DNA of 32,359 bases from Candidatus Woesearchaeota archaeon (lineage in GTDB: Archaea > Nanobdellota > Nanobdellia > Pacearchaeales > GW2011-AR1), in the NCBI GenBank assembly GCA_964468545.1, contig CAYXTT010000002.1, positions 1 to 32,359 on the forward strand, written 5' to 3'. Shown in pieces: positions 1-5,431 of this stretch. How positions within the stretch are numbered: the stretch's first letter is position 1; each line of letters opens with the position of its first letter. Both the position numbers and the translations under genes were made by a program. Under the pieces are notes generated by a model. That model saw nothing but the letters and a program-made list of their open reading frames with translations, was not told where the DNA came from and made no database searches.

Positions 1-109
1 GAATTTTCGGAGATTGGAAACTCACGAGGTCACTCACTTCGTTCGTTCCGCTCGTACCACCTCTTACAACCTATTCTATTACTAATATCCCAACGCTAAC
101 TCCCTAACC

Positions 110-230
110 AAGCCCCGTGCGTAGCACAACTTCCGCGACAAAGTCGCAACCCCCGTTTCGTAAAACGAAACAACCCCCGGCATTCAAAGAATGCCAACCC
201 CCGGCAAAATCATACTTCTATAATTTTGCC
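110..230. repeat. Tandem stem-loop array with variable stems and conserved 7-nt spacers; the last hairpin overlaps the 3' end of CDS 210..818
   Basis: GTGC-gta-GCAC 117-127; GCGAC-aaa-GTCGC 135-147; GTTTCG-taaaa-CGAAAC 155-171; GGCATTC-aaa-GAATGCC 179-195; GGCAAAAT-n12-ATTTTGCC 203-230. Spacers are aacttcc 128-134, then aaccccc at 148-154, 172-178 and 196-202. Hairpin starts are spaced 18, 20, 24 and 24 nt. Confidence 0.65.
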
Positions 231-818
231 CCGCCGCCCAACCTGCACAACCCGCGTCTTCCCAATCCTGTCCTCAATTCCTTCCGCCTCATGAATGTGC
301 GCCGAGATTAACAAATTAGGTTTAAATTCTTTAACCGCATCTCGCAAAATTTCCTCACCGGCAATCCCAGAAAACTCAGCCATCGTCCCAGCCGCGTGCA
401 AATGCGAAACCAAAATTCGCTTCTTCGGCTTCATCCTTTCAAAATTATTCCTTATAGCAACCAAATCCCCATCGTCCAAACTCAACTTCCAATTCGGACT
501 CCCAATCCCCGCAATCCCAACATCCCCATAAGTCACATAATAATTATGAATACTCTTCCCCATCTTCCGCAACCTCTCATGCTCCTCATCAAAATCACAA
601 TTCCCCGGCACAAAAACAACCTTCTGTCCAGCGTCGACAAACGGCCCCAAAATATTCTCATCGCCCTCGCTATAACCATAAATATCCCCAGCCAAAACAA
701 TTAAATCAACCTTCTCCCTCAACCCCTTCTTCGCCAAACTCCGCGCAACATCCAAGCTTCCATGCAAATCCGCCGCAGCAAGTATTTTTAATTTCTTTAC
801 CATTTCAATTACACCCAC
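210..818 (-). CDS. Calcineurin-like metallophosphoesterase
   Basis: Motifs AAADLHG (DxH), AGDIYG (GD), PGNCD, SHLH and AHIH in the 202-aa ORF. The track start at 818 is GTG; the ATG at 803 (MVKKLKIL) is an alternative start. Confidence 0.8.
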   Translation of the reverse strand: MGVIEMVKKLKILAAADLHGSLDVARSLAKKGLREKVDLIVLAGDIYGYSEGDENILGPFVDAGQKVVFVPGNCDFDEEHERLRKMGKSIHNYYVTYGDVGIAGIGSPNWKLSLDDGDLVAIRNNFERMKPKKRILVSHLHAAGTMAEFSGIAGEEILRDAVKEFKPNLLISAHIHEAEGIEDRIGKTRVVQVGRRGKIIEV

Positions 819-825
819 AAAACAC

Positions 826-851
826 GTCCGCGAAAGTCCGTGTAGTCCGTG
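826..851. promoter_or_regulatory. Three phased direct copies of GTCCGYG in the divergent intergenic region
   Basis: gtccgcg 826-832, gtccgtg 836-842, gtccgtg 845-851. The same triple recurs at 10433-10457. Confidence 0.35.
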
Positions 852-870
852 GTTAATTAAATACCAAATC

Positions 871-878
871 TTTTAAAT
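871..878 (+). promoter_or_regulatory. TATA-like box upstream of valS
   Basis: ttttaaat ends 21 nt before the ATG at 899. The same spacing recurs at most genes in the window. Confidence 0.5.
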
Positions 879-898
879 CTCTTCCCATTCCAATATCC

Positions 899-3274
899 AT
901 GAACTTCAAAGACATAAAAAACTGGAGCCCAGAAATAGAAAACCAAATAACATCTAATTGGAAAAACAAAGAACTCTTCGCCTTCAACCCAAAAACAAAA
1001 AAGAAAATCTACTCAATCGACACACCACCTCCCTACGTCAACACACCAATCCACATGGGTCACGCCGTCACATACTGCTTCATGGATTTCTTCGCCCGAT
1101 ACCGACGAATGAAAGGATTCGAAGTTCTTTTCCCACTCGGTCTCGACCGAAACGGACTCCCAATCGAAATGGCAACCGAAAAAAAATTCAAAACATCACC
1201 ATTCAAAGTCGGCAGAAAAAAATTCATGGAATTATGCGAGCAACTCCTAAGCGAAGCCTCAGCCGAATCAATCGACTCATTCGCAAAACTCGGAATTTCA
1301 TTCTCATCCTACAAAGACAACGGAAAAATCGGGGCAATCTACAACACCGACTCCCCAGAATACCGAACATTAACCCAAACAACATTCGTCGAACTCTTCA
1401 AAAAAGGACTAATCTATGAAGACACAAGAATTAATAATTGGGACCCAAAACTCCAAACAACAATCGCCGACTCCGAAATCGAATACGAAGAAATCCCATC
1501 CACATTCAACAATATAAAATGGAAAGTCAAAGAAACGGACGAAGAAATAATGATCGGCACGACAAGACCAGAATTAATCGCAACCTGCGGGATGGTAATC
1601 TTCAACCCAGACGACAAAAGATACAAAAACCTCGACGGCAAAACAGCGATTTCTCCAATCTTTAACGAAGAAATTCTAATCAGGGCGCACCCACTCGCAC
1701 AAATTGACAAAGGCACAGGGTTAGCAATGATGTGCTCAGCAGGCGACTTGTCAGACATTCAATTTTTCCGCGAGATGAATTTAACCCCACGAATCGCAAT
1801 CAACCAAGACGGGCGAATGAACGAAAAAGCCGGAATTCTCAATGGACTAAAAGTGAAAGAAGCACGAGAAAAAATAATAGAACTAATTAAAGAAAAAAAC
1901 CTATTAGTAAAACAGGAAAAAATAACTCACCGAACTCCAATCTCCGAACGCTCGAAAGCCGAAATCGAATTCATCGAAATGCCGGAATTTTATCTAAAAC
2001 AATTAAACATTAAAAAAGAAATAAAAGCAATGGCAAACAAAATAAATTTCTACCCAAAAACTTCAAAAAAAATCCTCGACGATTGGATAGATTCGATATC
2101 AATCGATTGGCCAATTTCCAGACGTCGATATTACGCGACACCAATACCTTTATGGTATTCAGAAAATTTAATCGCAATAGCACCAGAAAAAACTTACACA
2201 GAACCATGGAAACAAGACCCACCAAAAGAATCCGAAGTAATAGATGCCAAAACAAAAAAAATATTAGGAATAGTTACAAACTTTCCCAAAAATAAATGGA
2301 TAGGTGAAACAAGAGTTCTCGACACTTGGTTCGATTCATCAATATCAGAACTTAACATGCTCAAATACAAATCCGACGACACATTCTTCGAAAAATCATA
2401 TCCAGCGACGCTGAGACCACAAGGAAAGGAAATCGTTCGAACCTGGCTTTACTACACAATTCTCCGTGGCTTCCTCGAAACAGACAAACCGTGCTTCAAA
2501 GATGTCTGGATTCATCAGCATATTCTCGACGGCAATGGACGAAAAATGTCAAAATCTTTGGGCAACGTGATAGACCCACAACAAATTCTAAAAGAAGATG
2601 GAGCCGAAGCCCTAAGATTATGGGCAGCAACCGAAGGCGACTTATCAAAAGGAGATTTTGTTTGCTCAAGAGAGAAAATAAAAGCCGAAAATAAATCCCT
2701 AAACAAATTATTAAACATTTCAAAATTCGTGATGCTATTCGACAAGCCAAAAACGAAACCAGCATTAACAGCGACGGACAAATTATTCATCGACCACGTC
2801 GAAAATTTAACAGAAGAAATCGACAAGTCCTACGAAAAATACGACTTCAACAATCCAGCGCAACAACTAAGAAATTTTCTCTGGAACACATTCGCATCAA
2901 ACTATATAGAACTCGTAAAAAACCGCGCCTACAACGAAAACAAAAGCTTCACAGCCGACGAATCAGCCTCGGCAAAATACACGCTTCATTTCATTCTCGA
3001 ACGACTCCTAACCCTCCTCTGCCCAATCATACCACAAATCACGGCGCTAATCGCAAAAGAAAAAAACATCGACCTTCTAAAATCCAAATGGCCAGAAATA
3101 AAACCAACAACTAATAACCAACAACTAATAACCAAATTAATAAATTTCAATAGCCAAATCTGGAAAACAAAAAAAGAAAAAAACATCTCTCTTCGAAACC
3201 CAATAGACGGAATCAAAATCCCAAAAGAACTAATCTCATTCGAAAAAGACTTAAAAGCCTGCCATAATATTTAA
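899..3274 (+). CDS. valS: Valyl-tRNA synthetase (class I aaRS)
   Basis: IDTPPPYVNTPIHMGHA (HIGH-type), GLDRNGLPIE, DTWFDSS and KMSKSLGN. The 791-aa length and N-terminal signature fit the archaeal ValRS type rather than LeuRS or IleRS. Confidence 0.8.
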   Translation: MNFKDIKNWSPEIENQITSNWKNKELFAFNPKTKKKIYSIDTPPPYVNTPIHMGHAVTYCFMDFFARYRRMKGFEVLFPLGLDRNGLPIEMATEKKFKTSPFKVGRKKFMELCEQLLSEASAESIDSFAKLGISFSSYKDNGKIGAIYNTDSPEYRTLTQTTFVELFKKGLIYEDTRINNWDPKLQTTIADSEIEYEEIPSTFNNIKWKVKETDEEIMIGTTRPELIATCGMVIFNPDDKRYKNLDGKTAISPIFNEEILIRAHPLAQIDKGTGLAMMCSAGDLSDIQFFREMNLTPRIAINQDGRMNEKAGILNGLKVKEAREKIIELIKEKNLLVKQEKITHRTPISERSKAEIEFIEMPEFYLKQLNIKKEIKAMANKINFYPKTSKKILDDWIDSISIDWPISRRRYYATPIPLWYSENLIAIAPEKTYTEPWKQDPPKESEVIDAKTKKILGIVTNFPKNKWIGETRVLDTWFDSSISELNMLKYKSDDTFFEKSYPATLRPQGKEIVRTWLYYTILRGFLETDKPCFKDVWIHQHILDGNGRKMSKSLGNVIDPQQILKEDGAEALRLWAATEGDLSKGDFVCSREKIKAENKSLNKLLNISKFVMLFDKPKTKPALTATDKLFIDHVENLTEEIDKSYEKYDFNNPAQQLRNFLWNTFASNYIELVKNRAYNENKSFTADESASAKYTLHFILERLLTLLCPIIPQITALIAKEKNIDLLKSKWPEIKPTTNNQQLITKLINFNSQIWKTKKEKNISLRNPIDGIKIPKELISFEKDLKACHNI

Positions 3275-3281
3275 TTTTAAA

Positions 3282-3293
3282 ATGACAACAATA
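3282..3293 (+). repeat. Left copy of the 12-nt direct repeat flanking DGR cassette 1
   Basis: atgacaacaata at 3282-3293 is identical to 5358-5369. taatat precedes both copies (3265-3270 and 5348-5353). Confidence 0.5.
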
Positions 3294-3298
3294 GAAAC

Positions 3299-3308
3299 CT
3301 TTAAATAT
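3299..3308 (+). promoter_or_regulatory. TATA-like box of DGR target gene 1
   Basis: ctttaaatat lies 21-30 nt upstream of the ATG at 3329. The surrounding sequence acaacaatagaaaccttta resembles the region upstream of target gene 2 (acaaaatagaaaagtttata). Confidence 0.5.
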
Positions 3309-3328
3309 CAAACTCACTCTAATTCTAC

Positions 3329-4042
3329 ATGACAGAACTAGAAGTACACATCAAACCAATAGGAGAACTAGGTGTAACTCAAGCAGACTCATTTATATAC
3401 CAAAGAGTAAAAGATTTTCTACTCGGAAGAATGGGAGGAAGAAATTCGGCAGGGTACAAGACAATTATGAACAGCGGATTCGATATACAAAACGCCACAG
3501 GCTCAAGTTTACCATTTATAATAGCGGCAACAGAACTACTGGAAGAAACAAATGTTGCAACGATATTATCACTTGAAGATATAATAAAAATAATCACTCA
3601 CGGAAAAGCCAATGGCAAAAATCACTTCAAAGGAATATATGTCGATACAAACGAAGCAATACTTTATTTAAACGACAACTCCTCATTATCACTTAATTTA
3701 GCAGAGATAGCAAGAAATCAAAATAATACACCTTACGACGCAGAAAACCCAGCAAGATTTACCGGATTAAGAGTAGACAAAGCCGACAACAAAGAAGGAT
3801 ATAGGCTAATAGAAACATCAAAAACACAAATAATCACAGATCCGAGATTCTCTTATTCAAACAATGAGCAAGAAATAGATTTTAATGGAACCCCCATTAA
3901 AGTTTTCACAAAAAAAACTGGCTCGTCGAGGCTTTACGCGTACGAGGACGGGCTGTACGCCGGGGACGGCGTTCCCGCGGATTCGAGCGGCGTTGGTCGC
4001 GTGGGGTTGGTTCACGCCGAAGGCGTCGGTTCGAAAAATTAG
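3329..4042 (+). CDS. DGR variable (target) protein 1, VR at the extreme C-terminus
   Basis: 237-aa ORF with no obvious signal peptide. The last ~40 codons (GSSRLYAYEDGLYAGDGVPADSSGVGRVGLV...) are encoded by a GC-rich island repeated near the RT. Paralogous to CDS 31321..32160 (GSSLPFIIAA vs GSNLPFNVLM; G-x-SR-[LV]-Y). Confidence 0.75.
   Translation: MTELEVHIKPIGELGVTQADSFIYQRVKDFLLGRMGGRNSAGYKTIMNSGFDIQNATGSSLPFIIAATELLEETNVATILSLEDIIKIITHGKANGKNHFKGIYVDTNEAILYLNDNSSLSLNLAEIARNQNNTPYDAENPARFTGLRVDKADNKEGYRLIETSKTQIITDPRFSYSNNEQEIDFNGTPIKVFTKKTGSSRLYAYEDGLYAGDGVPADSSGVGRVGLVHAEGVGSKN
3922..4004 (+). repeat. DGR variable repeat VR1
   Basis: Aligns without gaps to 4235-4317. By hand count, 64 of 82 positions are identical over 3923-4004. 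Confidence 0.8.
4014..4026 (+). other. GC-rich hairpin just 3' of VR1 (candidate DGR target-recognition hairpin)
   Basis: ACGCC-gaa-GGCGT, starting 10 nt after the last TR-homologous base and still inside the CDS. Confidence 0.45.
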
Positions 4043-4100
4043 ATTAATATATATTTTAGAATATAATAATAACTAAAAGTCCAAAACTCTTCAAAAGATT

Positions 4101-4117
4101 CCTAGCTTGGAGCTAGG
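4101..4117 (+). other. Conserved stem-loop downstream of target gene 1
   Basis: CCTAGCT-tgg-AGCTAGG. The counterpart in cassette 2 (32185-32204, CTAACC-ttggaact-GGTTAG) keeps the ATTC...TTGGA.CT...TAGGC context but has different stem bases. Confidence 0.55.
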
Positions 4118-4234
4118 CCACACGCCTCTTTATTAGAACTCTTGAATGAGTCAGTAAAATTCAATGGCGACAACAAGTAATTGAAAATTATGAATCTTGA
4201 AGCCATGGTGGCAATTGGTAAAGAGACTATCACT

Positions 4235-4317
4235 ATCGTCGGGGCTTTACGCGGGCGAGTTCGGGCTTGTCGCCGGGTGCGGCGTTCCCGCGAATTCGAA
4301 CGACAATGGTCAAATGG
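4235..4317 (+). repeat. DGR template repeat TR1 (RT-proximal copy)
   Basis: Non-coding: it has no start codon in the VR-equivalent frame, which closes with TAG at 4320. Codons AAT, AAC, GAC, AAT, CAA and ATG at 4293-4316 correspond to VR1 GAT, AGC, GGC, GTT, CGC and GTG. All 8 mismatches there are at TR adenines. The repeat ends 16 nt before the RT ATG. Confidence 0.75.
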
Positions 4318-4331
4318 CCTAGCCAACTAGG
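4318..4331 (+). other. Stem-loop between TR1 and the RT start
   Basis: CCTAG-ccaa-CTAGG. In addition, 4316-4323 (ggcctagc) is the reverse complement of 4112-4119 (gctaggcc), so an 8-bp long-range helix could bracket the TR-containing RNA. Confidence 0.4.
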
Positions 4332-4333
4332 AA

Positions 4334-5350
4334 ATGAAAACTCACAAGAACATCTACTATAAAATCTACAAATGGGAAAACCTTCTTCTCGCCTTCTTGA
4401 AGGCGAGAAGAAGAAAATCAAAAAGAAAAGACGTAAAAGAATTCGAAGAAAACCTGATAGAAAACCTACAAGACTTACAACTCGAGCTAATGGACTCAAA
4501 CATACAAACCAAGACCACTCAAAACATTTATTCTACGAGATCCAAAAACCCGTAAAATATCCAAATCACATTTCAGGGACAGAATAATTCACCACACCCT
4601 TTGTAACATAATCGAACCAATCTTCGACAAAATCTTTATTTATGATAATTGTGCAGGAAGAAAAAACAAAGGAACATCATTCGCATTAAGAAGATTTAAG
4701 AAATTTCAAATTAAAACAACGAAGAATCTAACTTCAAGTAGTTATTGTCTAAAAGCCGATATAAAACATTACTTTGAAGAAGTCAGTCATGAAATTTTAA
4801 TTAACATTATTAAAAGAAAAATAAAAGACAAAATTGCAATACAACTAATAGTAAAGATATTAAAAAATTACCACAACAAAGAAAATGGTATGCCACTAGG
4901 AAGCTTAACAAGTCAACTCTTCACAAGTATTTATCTCAATAAACTAGATTATTTTGTTAAACATCAATTAAAAGAAAAGTACTATATAAGATACGTCGAC
5001 GATTTCCTCATATTAAATTGCTCAAGATTTAAGTTAGCATTCCTAAAAATAAAATAAAAAAATTTCTAAAAAACAATTTAAAATTAGAACTTCACAAAAG
5101 CAAATCAAAAATTATATCATTATCAAAAGTAGTAGACTTCGTAGGATTCAGAAACTACTACCACTTTAAGTTACTAAGACAAAGAAGTATAAGGGGTATG
5201 AAAAGAAAAATACAACTATTCCACAACAATCACATTCCTACAAGCGAAATCTCAGAAATATTTCAAGGATGGCAAGCACATGCAGAAATTGCCAACACAT
5301 ATAATCTAAGAGAGTGCCTAACCCAAACTTTAAAACTACCCCTTCTCTAA
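4334..5350 (+). CDS. DGR reverse transcriptase whose reading frame changes twice (possible pseudogene, assembly indels or recoding)
   Basis: Three collinear pieces. The first runs from 4334 to about 4499 in frame 2 (MKTHKNIYYKIYKWENLLLAFLKARRRKSKRKDVKEFEENLIENLQDLQLEL...). The second covers 4500-5054 in frame 0 (YKPRPLKTFILRDPKTRKISKSHFRDRIIHHTL...GMPLGSLTSQLFTSIYLNKLDYF...YIRYVDDFLIL). The third runs from about 5054-5057 to 5350, back in frame 2 (KKFLKNNLKLELHKSKSKII...VDFVGFRNYY...GWQAHAEIANTYNLR). It has an LGxxxSQ motif 4 and a YVDD catalytic motif. Confidence 0.85.
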
Positions 5351-5357
5351 TATCAAC

Positions 5358-5369
5358 ATGACAACAATA
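5358..5369 (+). repeat. Right copy of the 12-nt direct repeat flanking DGR cassette 1
   Basis: atgacaacaata is identical to 3282-3293, at an offset of 2076 nt. Confidence 0.5.
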
Positions 5370-5400
5370 AACAAAATAGCAAAGCCGAACAATCCGCACT

Positions 5401-5428
5401 AATAACTAATAACTAAAAACTAAAAACT
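5401..5428 (+). repeat. Heptamer tandem repeat immediately upstream of aRF1
   Basis: aataact x2 (5401-5414), then aaaaact x2 (5415-5428), then aac and the ATG at 5432. Confidence 0.7.
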
Positions 5429-5431
5429 AAC

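Larger units (their letters stand above)
3329..5350 (+). mobile_element. Diversity-generating retroelement cassette 1 (target gene/VR, hairpin, TR, RT)
   Basis: See the component features. The VR/TR pair is at a 313-nt offset, there are adenine-specific mismatches, and the RT carries a DGR-type motif. Confidence 0.8.

Noticed and set aside
61-100. Possible orphan duplicate of the phosphoesterase C-terminus upstream of array 1, by analogy with the MCM case
   Set aside because: There is only a weak match (tattctatta vs tacttctata; possible ...VIE-stop vs ...IIEV-stop). That is too short and degenerate to support.
117-311. Plus-strand ORFs 117..311 and 11205..11510 with proline-rich repeats (QPP..., SHP...)
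   Set aside because: Their periodic peptides are simply the translated 24-nt hairpin/spacer arrays. Both then run antisense into well-supported minus-strand genes.
4190-4330. 46-aa basic ORF (MNLEAMVAIGKETITIVGALRGRVRACRRVRRSREFERQWSNGLAN) spanning TR1, considered as an Avd-like accessory gene
   Set aside because: It is far shorter than Avd (about 120 aa, four-helix bundle). Its Arg-richness is explained by the GC-rich TR read out of frame. No counterpart could be evaluated in cassette 2. I conclude that no avd is visible in the window.
4102-4499. Minus-strand ORFs 4102..4326 (74 aa) and 4233..4499 (88 aa) across the TR and the RT 5' end
   Set aside because: These are Arg/Pro-rich translations of the GC-rich TR read antisense. 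They overlap a recognisable RT N-terminus on the plus strand and show no motif. They are most likely shadow ORFs.
5045-5063. Programmed -1 ribosomal frameshift at the second RT frame junction
   Set aside because: There is no canonical X XXY YYZ slippery heptamer and no obvious downstream pseudoknot. An indel in the A-run is the simpler explanation. It is kept only as an alternative within the RT finding.
4334-5350. RT as a group II intron or retron reverse transcriptase
   Set aside because: There is no flanking intron RNA domain and no maturase or endonuclease extension. Motif 4 is LGxxxSQ rather than QGxxxSP. A TR/VR pair with adenine-specific mismatches lies next to it. DGR is the better fit.
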